From an uncultured Halobacteriales archaeon (GTDB lineage: Archaea > Thermoplasmatota > E2 > JACPAO01 > JAHFTW01), in NCBI GenBank assembly GCA_964627625.1, contig CAZVJB010000011.1:12175-76174 (forward strand): 64,000 nucleotides of DNA, read 5' to 3'. The notes below the pieces were generated by a model. That model was not told where the DNA came from, ran no database searches, and was given only the letters and a program-made list of their open reading frames with translations. Position numbers and translations under genes: made by a program. Of this stretch, positions 19,701 to 28,300 are shown piece after piece (position 1 is the stretch's first letter; each line of letters starts with the position of its first letter).

Positions 19701-22293
19701 AGATGCGCGCGGCTTTATCATGCCTGACCCCGCCGATATGTATGACGGATTCATCAACGTCGATGGAAACCTCGTCACACATACCTACGACGGGCAGAAC
19801 CGCCTGATCGAAACGAAGCGCGAACTGCGCAAGGACGGAACGAGCACAAGCACTCTTACGGCCTACATTTTCACGAGGCAAGAATGGGACGCAAACGGCA
19901 ACCTGGCCTCCATGACGGACGATGCAGGCCACAAGACCGTCTATGACTACGACCGCCAGGGCCGCCTCGTCGCGGAAACGTTTGCAGATGGCACGCAGAC
20001 TGAACACGAATACGATGCTGCGGGTAACCTGGTCAAGCGCGAAGACGCGCTCGGCAACGTAATCAAAGTAGAGTACAGCCCAGGAAGAAGCGCCGTTCGC
20101 GTAAATGTAGCAGGGCCTGCCACTCGTTCGACCCTGCAATCCTTCGAATACGACGGCCTTGGCAGGATGACGCGCGCCTCGGACAACAACGACCCTTCGA
20201 CGACCGTGGACGACGCCATCGATTCCTTCACGTATGATTCGATGTCCGAAACGGTCCTACAGGTCCAGAACGGCAAGACCGTTTCGCGTGCCCACGATGG
20301 ATTAGGCTCCGTCACGAGCCTCGTGTACCCAAACGGCCGCACCGTGACGAAGGAATATGATGCGCTTGCACGCTTAACCGAGGTCCTGGATGATACTGGC
20401 CCGCTGGAGACATACACCTATGGGACCGGCCGGCTGGTATCCAAACTAGCGGGCAATGGCGCTCTGACCGAATTCACTTATGACAGTAACCGCCGGGTCG
20501 CATCAATTGCGACGCCCGACGTCTGGGACTATGACGTCGAGTTCCAATACGAATATGACCGCAATGGTCAGGCCACGAGTGTAGACATGCCGCATGCGCC
20601 GCTTTGGGGCAGCACCTTTTCCTATGATTCCGCCGGCCGGCTCACGAGCGCCGAAAAGGTTGTCCACACGACACCGGCGTGGTGGTACCAGTTACCGCGC
20701 GACACGATGGCGTCGCGAACCGACTGGACTCTGGATACGACGAACAATTGGGTCGGCGTCTCCGTCCAACGTGATGGGGAGGCTACAGTCAATCAAGCGC
20801 GGACGCATGGCCCCCTGGACCAACTCACGTCGACGACGGTGAGTGAAGTCAAAACGCAAGTGACGCATGACGTCGTCGGCAATCGGCTGGCGGACGCCAA
20901 GTACACGTATACGTGGGATGCTTTCAATCGCCTACGAACCGTTTCGCAGGCGACGACGGGCTTCCAGATTGCGATGTATACGTATGATGCACTTGATCGC
21001 CGCGTCTCTAAGGCAGTTTCTGGCATCACGACGACCTACATCTATGATGGCGCTAACGTTATCGAAGAACGCACCTGGGCCGACGTCGTTCTGCGGCAGT
21101 ACGTGCACGGCAGCGGCGTCGACGAGCACCTGGTCATGGATCGAGACCTCAACGGCGACGGAACAGCAACTGGTGCTGGCGACCAGCGGCTCTATTTCGT
21201 GCAAGACCGGCTTGGCAACGTCGTTGGCCTCATGGATTCCGCGGGCTGGTTCAAGGAAGGGTATCTGTACGAGCCGTATGGCCAAATGGTCATCGTCCAA
21301 CCCGGCCTCGACACCGTGCTTAATTGGGGCGAAGACGATGTCATCGCAGCAACCTCGGCTTACGACAACCCCTACTCGTATACGGGTCAACGCGTTGACC
21401 AAGAGACGGGCCTGTACTACTACAGAGCCAGGTACTACGACGCCGATAGTGGACGATTTCTTAGCCGGGACCCTATCGGCATCTGGAAGGACTCAGGCAA
21501 CTTCGGGAACGGATACGCATATGCGGGTTCGAACCCCGTCATGTTCAGTGACCCATCGGGATTGTGCTTCATCATCTGTGATGGATGCGGGGTCATGGAC
21601 CTTGTTTGCGGCCTTCATGAGACCTTCAATCCGAATGGCGAATGCATGCTTACGGACAATCTCTGGTGCCATCCGGAATGTGGTAACTTCGACTTGACGT
21701 GCGAGATTCCAGCGTCAATCAACGATTGTATGCAACCCAAGAACGGATGGGAGGCGACGGGGTGCATCGTGACGGGGGTTGCTGTGGCCACTATTGCGTG
21801 TCATTTCTCGACGACATGCCTCCAGCTTGCCAGAGCGACGTGGACAAGATGGGGGGCTCCCCTGATTACCGGAATCGTGAATTTCTTCAAGGGGCCGGGC
21901 GACGACGCGGTCACTGCAACCGTGGCCTCAACGTCTCGGTACTCAGGCCTACGCGAAATAGGGGCCAATTTGTGGGAGTCCGTCAAGGGGCTTCGGTACG
22001 GGCCCGATCGAATTTGGGGAAATCGTGCGGAGCACGTGATAGGGGGCCATACTCCGGGCGGGGCAGGGACCGCCGGAAAAACGGTTTTTAATGTAGGTAA
22101 AGATCACGTTTTCTCGCTGATTGATGATGCGTGGGCCATGAAGGGGGCTGGGACGGTACAAAGCAATGGCAACACCTTGTATCGCGTAGATATGGGCAGA
22201 ACTATTGGGACGGGCGGTGAAAGGTTTATCGACATCATCGTCAGGACAGGTAGTTCGGACCTTATCACGGCATTTCCCCGGGGGGGAATTTGA
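13756..22293 (+). CDS. Giant Rhs/YD-repeat polymorphic toxin (~2845 aa): signal peptide, poly-Pro, Cys-rich DxDxDG repeats, FN3 domains, YD-repeat shell, Rhs core (DPxGL), C-terminal toxin domain
   Basis: There are dozens of YD-repeat units (YDPYGRQLS, TYDMSGRI, YEYDYGGRI, YFYDGFGHL, FTYDSNRRV...). The Rhs core ends RARYYDADSGRFLSRDPIG...YAYAGSNPVMFSDPSGL. Four CxDxIDNDxDGxxDxxDPxC repeats are present, plus FN3-like units (DWSVPTSDGGSPITGYEVFG, ATWSPPASDGGYAITKYSFYRG). The start is moved from the track's 13471 to an in-frame GTG at 13756, giving a Sec-like signal peptide (M)PRPRIARVVGLTALCFILASTAAEA. Confidence 0.85.
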   Translation: MPRPRIARVVGLTALCFILASTAAEATPIAPNLESPANNAHLPDPWDCDPKGPWNEAWDDACVFYSWDQGGWSPCRPDGTYELHYWETKGFGSAYKWDDSGTCHLEVTDGWIGCEVFWTVRFQDSSGWSPNSPVFRWTIGDEDDCSNTSPPPPPPPPPPPPPPAPGDAPDCGDEIDNDGDGYIDWAGIDSSGIDSDPSCLGHWWVESEDPWNAPPPPTSPPSACNDGIDNDSDGYTDDHDPRCDYNHMSTESPADPPPPPPPCDDEIDNDDDGMTDADDPACAFYPYDTESPINPLPSCQDEVDNDSDTLIDSEDPGCDYSPAYADESRPPPGPTPVAWVSVKCGYAPGHIIITYGVEGVHDSAQLGRRVTGSGVAPSSVNGASPVLDSYTVIGTEYDYQLTVRYNGDVFTSSAIARIYAGRIPDAPALEANAGPTAGTIDVNWSTGGGWCEPHTYNLYGSMHPTSGYAKIANRLTPTSFTEQDVSPNTWRFYRVTASNSIGESPLSNIGYARTLDLPNAPTVTVTPGDKQLAVDWSVPTSDGGSPITGYEVFGAKPGNPMELLAEPETPGITHDSLEYDETWNYEVRAVNDVGPGPPGEGTGKTWGVPEAPKHFVGNPGPAASEIEATWSPPASDGGYAITKYSFYRGTSAGSTTFVADITDLTDLSYDDTGLAGGTTYYYEVTATNEASEGPPAKAMATPPQRPLPPRDLTAGVPGAGVKLDWLPPMWNGGSPLTTYTAYASPDGLTYTAVGTVAPGTLTYTAVPCAASCTYYMTASNVFGESDRSNIVPQNIPLQKESIRGTTPGSGAGLKQGFPCVNPAKETVNLVSGQFVASMCLMHARSEYKGLNVSIVATHRAESTGKDFIGNNWYLSVNRRLEIVDTGIILTSGTGRTDGFLAAGPGTYTPPPGFYDRLAAIPSGFLLEHVGGVKEYFDGTGLRTRVEDVSGNTVEFRHDTSGKLYEITDAHGRITRLDYDQEKLVKITDFSDRITTLAYDAAGNLETITLPSDDEPSEATYGFTYTNRNAIATAQDPNENVYMENDYDASGRVAEQTNVDGTFTFAYEPSAHKTTVTDKNGNIVEWGYKAAQPLPLYQTVYMNREVSPDQPTTQMTRFTTNENLEITQVSAPDGIVTKFAFDVGNPNPIAQGNVVREELLPPAGSTLPPLVTTFTYESLYQNVKTITPPEGNDPNYAPQNGGSWSASRYTTTFYYGQDETTLSQDLNLDGITTGSEGLLVRVTRPELNAAGPPAAGMAGGNQEQVECWIYNDQGQVIQHIATDGRLTNHVYEDGFLLETTEGGAMALPTCEAAPPPMMAAMAAPTNFPSDVPETPTEGLRTSHFSHDAVGNLISFTDPSGRTTKYEVDALDRVTRILMPGPLKADVKITYDANGNVISTQTRNVAQAVDGSISLDPDNEYLVDSFAYNALDQKVEEWLTAARPTGSVDSNTPTSVHQKYGYDKNGNLIILRKTNSVAGTDGNDAETYIYNERNELIANTRGGLNPLFTHIEANAGVDVDDLTDPFALYLHTRDNVQTAVTCVVSKTQPIDVTQVTKASQCAPNSLCTTTPKEILGGMNVTLGPPPIVGTGTPECIKAALRNPMNQTWPQDPRLQTAPPLLPNAGSGIGLVPGYMPLSDATMTWEYNGAYSFSDVRLSAVFWALPYEASTSSTIAWKVRVYSGNILVASNDQVTGTAFPAPTGNQAREYRISMNAASFAGSNLRLEIEAMSGQARLVLFDSPGAPSRLEIGNAVTTSTTYDVGGRVTSTTDGGGAQTSYSYDPYGRQLSTVNPTGTRTTSTYDMSGRIITAEAYGALGGIGWHTETMATVLLQRMHMRYDEAGRLFQSDVARFDPATGASLPDVGLTPGDGFATTQYEYDYGGRITKKTDDNAASHTYFYDGFGHLVSETDAGGNTAQYVYNANGQPIKATTTETYPGASGTETSSTTALFSYDDAGHLVRAVDNAGNARRNGYDSRGNLAWESDARGFIMPDPADMYDGFINVDGNLVTHTYDGQNRLIETKRELRKDGTSTSTLTAYIFTRQEWDANGNLASMTDDAGHKTVYDYDRQGRLVAETFADGTQTEHEYDAAGNLVKREDALGNVIKVEYSPGRSAVRVNVAGPATRSTLQSFEYDGLGRMTRASDNNDPSTTVDDAIDSFTYDSMSETVLQVQNGKTVSRAHDGLGSVTSLVYPNGRTVTKEYDALARLTEVLDDTGPLETYTYGTGRLVSKLAGNGALTEFTYDSNRRVASIATPDVWDYDVEFQYEYDRNGQATSVDMPHAPLWGSTFSYDSAGRLTSAEKVVHTTPAWWYQLPRDTMASRTDWTLDTTNNWVGVSVQRDGEATVNQARTHGPLDQLTSTTVSEVKTQVTHDVVGNRLADAKYTYTWDAFNRLRTVSQATTGFQIAMYTYDALDRRVSKAVSGITTTYIYDGANVIEERTWADVVLRQYVHGSGVDEHLVMDRDLNGDGTATGAGDQRLYFVQDRLGNVVGLMDSAGWFKEGYLYEPYGQMVIVQPGLDTVLNWGEDDVIAATSAYDNPYSYTGQRVDQETGLYYYRARYYDADSGRFLSRDPIGIWKDSGNFGNGYAYAGSNPVMFSDPSGLCFIICDGCGVMDLVCGLHETFNPNGECMLTDNLWCHPECGNFDLTCEIPASINDCMQPKNGWEATGCIVTGVAVATIACHFSTTCLQLARATWTRWGAPLITGIVNFFKGPGDDAVTATVASTSRYSGLREIGANLWESVKGLRYGPDRIWGNRAEHVIGGHTPGGAGTAGKTVFNVGKDHVFSLIDDAWAMKGAGTVQSNGNTLYRVDMGRTIGTGGERFIDIIVRTGSSDLITAFPRGGI
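14203..14250 (+). repeat. CCG/CCA codon repeat encoding ~16 consecutive prolines inside the Rhs gene
   Basis: The sequence ccgccgccgccacctccgccgccgccaccgccaccgcctccc translates to SPPPPPPPPPPPPPPPPAPG. Confidence 0.8.
21565..22293 (+). other. C-terminal polymorphic toxin module of the Rhs protein: 12-Cys-rich segment followed by an unassigned ~110-aa His-containing domain
   Basis: It begins right after the DPSGL autoproteolysis-type motif: CFIICDGCGVMDLVCGLHETFNPNGECMLTDNLWCHPECGNFDLTCEIPASINDCMQPKNGWEATGC... then GNRAEHVIGGHTPGG...LYRVDMGRTIGTGGERFIDIIVRTGSSDLITAFP. No known toxin family recognised by eye. Confidence 0.6.
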
Positions 22294-22526
22294 TGGCAGG
22301 TGTCCGGTGCCCATTTTGTGAGCAGGATTGGTTGAACCGCGTCCGGCTACTTCACTTGAACCTCGAAGTTGTAATGTGCCCCGAGTGCGAATCAGTCTGG
22401 CGAATTGGGGAACCCTTGCTCGCCGAAACCGGGTGGAATTACGAACTCTTTATGATGGACCGTGGCCGAAACAATCCGCAACAGCAGGGCGAAGTTCAGG
22501 TGTTGGAACGTTTGGTCGCGTCTTGA
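22293..22526 (+). CDS. Candidate cognate immunity protein (78 aa zinc-ribbon protein) overlapping the Rhs stop codon
   Basis: The start overlaps the Rhs TGA (ttgATGgca). The translation MMAGVRCPFCEQDW...VVMCPECESVW carries two CxxC pairs. Position immediately 3' of an Rhs toxin domain is the usual immunity location. Confidence 0.5.
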   Translation: MAGVRCPFCEQDWLNRVRLLHLNLEVVMCPECESVWRIGEPLLAETGWNYELFMMDRGRNNPQQQGEVQVLERLVAS

Positions 22527-22601
22527 CCGATTCGGCCAAGTGGTACGCGCCCCGCTCGTTTGCTCACTTTTTGGTCAAGGTAGCGTTGCATTTTTGGTCA
22601 T

Positions 22602-23066
22602 TTACAGTGTCTCCATTTTAGCCGGCGCCGGAGGCAGGCCGTACTGGAAGGCGTGGCCGTTGGCGCGACAAACCAAGAGGCCCAAGCGCATGAGTCGCGT
22701 GAGGCGGTTTCGGGTGGTGGATCGTGGCCATCCCCAATGCACTTGCGCGTGTTCAATGATGGATGCTTGGCTGCGCGTCAAGTCATGGTCGAACAAGTCC
22801 AGGAGCCTCACCATGTGTTCATTCAAGGGGCGCTCACCCGGTCGCTCCGGTGGACCAGGGCGAAGGAAGACTTGCCCGCCTTCGGCACGTCGAACGACCG
22901 CCAGAATTTCATGACGGGCTACCGCCATCACGTAGTACCTGGCTACCGGCACGCATAGATCAGTCCCTCTTGCGACGGCCCGTAGTGAGCTGCCGGGTCG
23001 CTTCGACGCAAATACTCGAACGCGCTCTCGCCGCGCCTCGCCCTCGTGGGCCCGCGGCGTACCCAC
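22602..23066 (-). CDS. Two-domain winged-helix (wHTH) transcriptional regulator
   Basis: Two HTH units: FASKRPGSSLRAVARGTDLCVPVARYYVMAVARHEILAV and IEHAQVHWGWPRSTTRNRLTRLMRLGLLV. The second motif is shared with paralogs at 33593-34125 and 47703-48440. Confidence 0.6.
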   Translation of the reverse strand: MGTPRAHEGEARRERVRVFASKRPGSSLRAVARGTDLCVPVARYYVMAVARHEILAVVRRAEGGQVFLRPGPPERPGERPLNEHMVRLLDLFDHDLTRSQASIIEHAQVHWGWPRSTTRNRLTRLMRLGLLVCRANGHAFQYGLPPAPAKMETL

Positions 23067-23351
23067 GCCCAGTCTCCGGGAAGAATGGTTCGGCCCTGCC
23101 GTATGCCGGTGTCGGGAATAATTGAGGTCTCAAACGAATGGCCCAGACCCTCTGAGTTGCCGTTACGGCGCACGGAAACGCCGCTCGTCAACTCCCCTGT
23201 GCTCGCGCCTTGAAAATAGTCGGGGACGGAGATATCGCCACGCGCTTGCATCGGCGCCAATTCTTGCGTCCGAAAGAGGCACGACGATGACCGACGCGAT
23301 GCGAACTCTTGCGGCTTAGGTGGCGCTGCACCTTCGCGTACCGGGGGCGGA

Positions 23352-24230
23352 ATGCGGCGAGTGCCACTAAGGCCGCTTGTCGCCTCCCCAGCTGCAATCG
23401 CCAAGATTAGGTCTCGAATTCCTCTACGCAACGCTGTGGCGCATCGTTCTCCGTTCCAAGCGGCCCTTGCTCGAATTGCCAAACAGTGGGGAATCGCTGT
23501 TGTCGTTGGTGTTGCAACCGTTTGTTCACTAGCGGTTAGTACCGCGACCCCTTTTCTCATCCTTCTTGGGACTGTCACAGCAGCTGTGCTATCACGGCGG
23601 AATCTTCAGCGAAGAATCCAATGGTGGCGCTGCGCATTGGCCGCTTTGGTGGGTTTGGTCGTCATTTACCTGGCCTTTGTTTCAACAGGCCGGCCGCCAC
23701 CAATGGTAGGCACGACATCCCAGGATCGCGTGCTCAAAGCCATCTTCGACGTGCTCGGATTCGCCGCCAGGATTCTAGGTATCGGCGCAGTCATCCTTGC
23801 GATTTCCTACGAGACGTCGAAGGCAATGGTCCATCTTATTCGGCGCATCGTTTTCCGGTTGACCTTGCAATTGGCTACCAGGAAGCCAAGCCCAGCTGCC
23901 ATGTCGCGTCAGGCGCGCTGGACGATTAGCGTTCCATTCCTCTGCTATGGCTATATCGGAATCTTAACGCTCTCCAGCATTCCGCCCAACGTCATCTCCG
24001 AGGCTGCAAAGCCCATTCCGCTCTGGGGCCAATTTTTCGTCGCTTTCGTTCTTGTAGCAATTCTTGGTTGGGGAGTTGCATGGGGAGCGCGCGATGGATC
24101 CCGTGCACCGTTGCGGGTGGTTTCTGCGAGGCCGAAAGCGCTGCCGATACAGGCCAACGAATCGCCCTCAATGAAAAGAACCCCGGCCGGGCGGCCGGGA
24201 ATCGCCCCTATGCTTACTCGGAAGCCGTGA
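23352..24230 (+). CDS. Hypothetical polytopic membrane protein
   Basis: A 292-aa ORF with at least five hydrophobic helices (GIAVVVGVATVCSLAV, ALAALVGLVVIYLAFV, ILGIGAVILAISY, CYGYIGILTLSSI, FFVAFVLVAILGWGVAW). It competes with a minus-strand ORF at 22943-23578 that has no features. Confidence 0.35.
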   Translation: MRRVPLRPLVASPAAIAKIRSRIPLRNAVAHRSPFQAALARIAKQWGIAVVVGVATVCSLAVSTATPFLILLGTVTAAVLSRRNLQRRIQWWRCALAALVGLVVIYLAFVSTGRPPPMVGTTSQDRVLKAIFDVLGFAARILGIGAVILAISYETSKAMVHLIRRIVFRLTLQLATRKPSPAAMSRQARWTISVPFLCYGYIGILTLSSIPPNVISEAAKPIPLWGQFFVAFVLVAILGWGVAWGARDGSRAPLRVVSARPKALPIQANESPSMKRTPAGRPGIAPMLTRKP

Positions 24231-24541
24231 GTGCTGATGCCGGCGGGCGGCCTGGCCAAAACAGGATTGTTCGCGGTTGGGCGGTGTAGCGGACGAGCAA
24301 TGCAACTATGCCCAAGAGGCTTGCATCAGCCCCCGAACCCCGCTCCAACTAAAATGCCGCCCGGCAACCCGGGAGCTCGGTCAAACCCACTCCTGGGACT
24401 GGTTTTTCGCCGATGGGACCTGATGCACTCCCTCGCAGGATTGCATCATTCTCCTATCGGCACCTCAACTGATAGGGACGGAGATTTCCACGTCCGCGTG
24501 GCGGTTCTACAATGATTGCCTTTCGACGCCAGACCCGCTGC

Positions 24542-24847
24542 TCAATATTCTGGCAACCGTCCGAGGTTGTCATTGGCGATTTCGTTGGCGTCGATGCGAA
24601 GGAACGGCAAGTTGTTCACCAGGATTAGGCGCACGTCCTCTCCTTCCCGCCAAATCCTGTCCGCCGTCGCATAAATTGCAGTGAAGGACTCGCTTCGTTG
24701 CTGGACCGCTTGCACGACATCCTGACGACTCCACGTGTGAACCTTTCCGACGGAACGGCCGTTGTTCTGGTGGACGCGCAGGTGGCCGATTGTTTGGTCA
24801 AGGTTGCGGCGAATGCCGCTTACCCAATATGTGGGGCGCATGGTCAT
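24542..24847 (-). CDS. Small hypothetical protein (~101 aa)
   Basis: The ORF is trimmed to the internal Met (MTMRPTYWV...). The upstream extension is Arg/Pro-rich junk that overlapped the neighbouring gene. No family recognised. Confidence 0.3.
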   Translation of the reverse strand: MTMRPTYWVSGIRRNLDQTIGHLRVHQNNGRSVGKVHTWSRQDVVQAVQQRSESFTAIYATADRIWREGEDVRLILVNNLPFLRIDANEIANDNLGRLPEY

Positions 24848-24962
24848 TGTTTCACTTACCAATTGATTCAAAGAAGTGGTTGTCCCCCGGGGATGGTTGC
24901 TTGGTGGGTTGGTCGTGTGAACACATGCCCCCGGGGGCTGATTGGGATACAGCTTGCGGCGG

Positions 24963-25298
24963 TTACGCCGCGCCGTTTGGTTCTTGCATCCGGGCCGCCG
25001 GTAGTTCGGTCGTGTTAGTCGTCTTGCGGTAGGCGTACACGTGGATCCCCGGCGTTTCATGGCGTCCCGCTCCGTCGCAGCCTAGCTCATGCAGTCTTCC
25101 TGCAGCCGTGTCGGCCGCTTCCGCGGATTTAGCGGTCTGGAAAATCCACGGCTCGCCCCGCTCGTCCACGCCGTGCGCCTCAAACAGGCGTTCCCGTGGA
25201 TGCTCTGCAACGCCGACGAACCAGGCCCGGTTCAAACCGCGGCGCTGCTGGATGTAGGTGGCAATCTGGTTCACGATTTCCTCTTCGGTCTTAATCAT
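24963..25298 (-). CDS. Small GIY-YIG-like domain protein (111 aa)
   Basis: AWFVGVAEHPRERLFEAHG resembles the YIG...R..EH half of the GIY-YIG nuclease signature (GITNNLERRLKEH). Confidence 0.4.
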   Translation of the reverse strand: MIKTEEEIVNQIATYIQQRRGLNRAWFVGVAEHPRERLFEAHGVDERGEPWIFQTAKSAEAADTAAGRLHELGCDGAGRHETPGIHVYAYRKTTNTTELPAARMQEPNGAA

Positions 25299-25398
25299 GG
25301 ATTGGCCTCTGGACGTTGGGAAGAGAGTGTCCCCCGGGGTTGTCGATTGGTGTCGTTGGTGTTTGGGCTTCGACGATTAGCCCCGGGGGCGGATTTGG

Positions 25399-28300
25399 TT
25401 AGCGCCGGGCCATGTCGTGCACCAGTTGTTCGGGCGATGATGCAGAGATTGACGCGGCTGGGCGACGTATCCGGAACATGACGGCAGCGACTCCGGCGAC
25501 AACCAGGACGGCCGCCGCCACCGCAGCCATTATGGCAAAAGTTGGACCGCCTGACGCCTCCACAAGCGTCGTGGGAACCGAATCAGGGCCCGCAATCGGG
25601 GCGCTGGCCTCAGGCGCAGGCTCACTCGGGCCTGCTGCTTCACTCGTGGCGCGAACGGTGATGGTTTGCACCGCGATGCTGGATGAGTGGCCGTCACTTA
25701 CCTCGAGAACGAAGCGTAGCGTTTCGCCTGAGGCGTCCGGCATCGTGAACGTAGCTTTGGCCGTCGTGGCATCGTCAATGATTACGGCTGGTCCTTCCCA
25801 TTGCGTCCACTTGAAGCTGAGCGAATCGCCGTTGCCACCGCCCGATTGCGCGCCGTCGAGGATGACGATTTGGCCGACGTCCGCTTGCCCTTGCGCAGCG
25901 ACCTTGGCCACGGGCGAAGGCGTAATGGATTCTAGGGCCACCATGATGCCGTCCGTGCCCGAGCGTGAACCATCTTCTGCGGTGAGTTCAAAGTAGAGGA
26001 CGACCGCGGACCCGGTCAGTAGGGGTGCAGTAAAGGAGGGCGTCTGCGTGTTGGCGTTGATGAGTTGGACTTTGGGGCCGTAGGTCTGCGTCCAAGTCGT
26101 CGTGGCGGTGGTGGTTCCGGTGATGGTGGCTTGCAGTTTCACGACTGCCCCTTCCGCGACTGTTTGGTCAAGTCCGGCATCGACCTTGAGTGGCGTCGCT
26201 GTCGGTGGATTAGCCGGGTTGGGGTTGTTGCCGGGTGGGGTTCCTGGCCCATTTGGGGGTCCTGGATTGCTGCCTCCGGATGGGGCGATGACATTGATGC
26301 TCCGGCATGCCGTTTTGCCCGTTGTGCCCCAAATATCGGTCACCTGTAGGCAGGTCGAATAGGTGCCAACAATGCCGAAGATATGGATTGGACTCCGCCC
26401 ATAAGATGTGTACCCGTCGCCGAAGTTCCAGCTCCAGGCAGTGACGGAATCGCCGGCATCTGGATCCGATGATGCATCAACGAACGTGGCCGGTTCCCCG
26501 ACCCGGACCGTGGTTGGGCTGGCGGTGAAAGCCGTGCTTGGCGCACGGTTCTCCTGCACGTGGATGGTGACCGTTGCACACGAATCGCTTACGAGGCCTA
26601 ACGCATCCCTCGCCTTGTAGGAGAAGGTCGCGTCTCCGACGAATCCCGGATTGGGCGTGAATACGAAATGGCCAGCGTTAGGGGGTTCGAGATTGACCGG
26701 CCACAATATTCCCGGCATGAAGGGCGCAGGGCATGAATTCAAGTCAATCCCGATGATGTTGGCCTCCGCGTCTACATCATTGGCGAGGATGGATGGCCGG
26801 CTCTGCGTCATGGTGTCGAGGTAGCCATTCTTGATGGCCACGTAGTAGTCCTCCGTGGCCGTCGGTGGCGTGTTGGTGACGGTGACGTTGCACGTTGCAA
26901 ACGGGCTGGTGGCGCCATCGTCGTCCGTCACGCTAAGTGTTACCGCAAACGTGCCGGCAATTGCCCATGACGCCATCGTGGACGCATCGCTGGCCGATGT
27001 GGGGGTTCCGCTTGGGAAGGTCCACGACCAGCTGGCAATTGTACCGTCTGAATCGGATGAGCCGGCAGAGCTGAAGGCAATCGATTGCCCCGGCGCAAAA
27101 GGTGGCGCGGTTGTGACGCCGCACGCCGCGGTTGGGGCTTGGTTGACCGTGCAGCCGATGTCCAATTGGACTGTCACCGTGTTCAGGAGGGTGTTGGTGG
27201 TTGCGTCCTTGAGTTGGTACTGGAAACTGTCCCCCGTTGCCCCGCAGTAGTCGGTGTCTGCTTGGTAGACGAATCCGCCTTTGTTGTCAGAGTTCCACGA
27301 GAAGGACCCGCCGCTGGCCACGTGGGAGGGGCCACTTACGAGCAAGGCTAGGATGGCGTGGTTGGCTGTGTCCTGGTCGTTGCAGAGCACGCCCTTGTAG
27401 GGGCCACCTGTGGCCGACGGAACGTTGGCAGCGCAGGGAGCCGCCGTAAACAACGAGTTAATCGTAGCCGAGAACGTGTCCGCCACCGCAGCGGGCGGGC
27501 AAGCGATGTTCAATTGCACTGTGGCGGTGTTCAGCATCGTGTTCGTGCTGACATCCTTCAATTGGTACTGGAAGCTGTCGCCGGCAAATCCGCAGTAGTC
27601 GGTTGCGGCCCGATACGTGAAGCCGCCCTTGTTGTCGGCATCCCACGTGAAGGACCCGCCCGGCGTCGTCTGGGTTGGGCTTGTTACCAGGATTGCCTGG
27701 ATTGCGTCGCCGGCGGCGTCCTGATCATTGCACAAGACCCCCTTATACGGGCCCCCTGGTGCGGCAGGGATTCCCACCGCGCAGGCTGCGGCCGAGAACA
27801 ACGCATTCGCATCGACGGCAAACGTATCCGCGACGGCAGCTGGGGCTGCCGGTGGCTCGGATGGCGTGCCACAGGATTCTGGCGTCCCAGGACTCAGGTT
27901 TGGGCCCCCCGTATATCCATCGTACGCCCTGAGGTAGTAGCAATACGTGGCACCCGTTGTCAGGCCGGTATTCGTGTATTCACACGGCGTCGAGGCGCAT
28001 GCACCGCCCGCGGGGATGTTCATGATGAACGTCTCGGCTCCGCTGGCGCCGCGGTACATAGCGTAGCCCTGCACGCCGCTGGCGCCGGAGCCGGCTGGCG
28101 TGCAACCGACGGCAGGACAGTCGCCCGACGAGGCGGTCCACGTGAGTTTCAGTGACGTCGCAGTCGGGGTCCCAACGGCCAACGTCGATGGCGCAGTAGG
28201 CTTGAAGTCGGGCGTAACTGACACCGATGCACTCGACAAGCTTTCCCCCGCCACGTTGGCGCCGGGTTGGATTGGGAATTGGGGGCAATTCACGCCGGAA

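Noticed and set aside
22943-23578. 211-aa minus-strand ORF overlapping the start of the membrane-protein gene at 23352
   Set aside because: No motifs, Arg/Ala-rich. It may still be real; the call is left ambiguous and the plus-strand multi-TM ORF is preferred.
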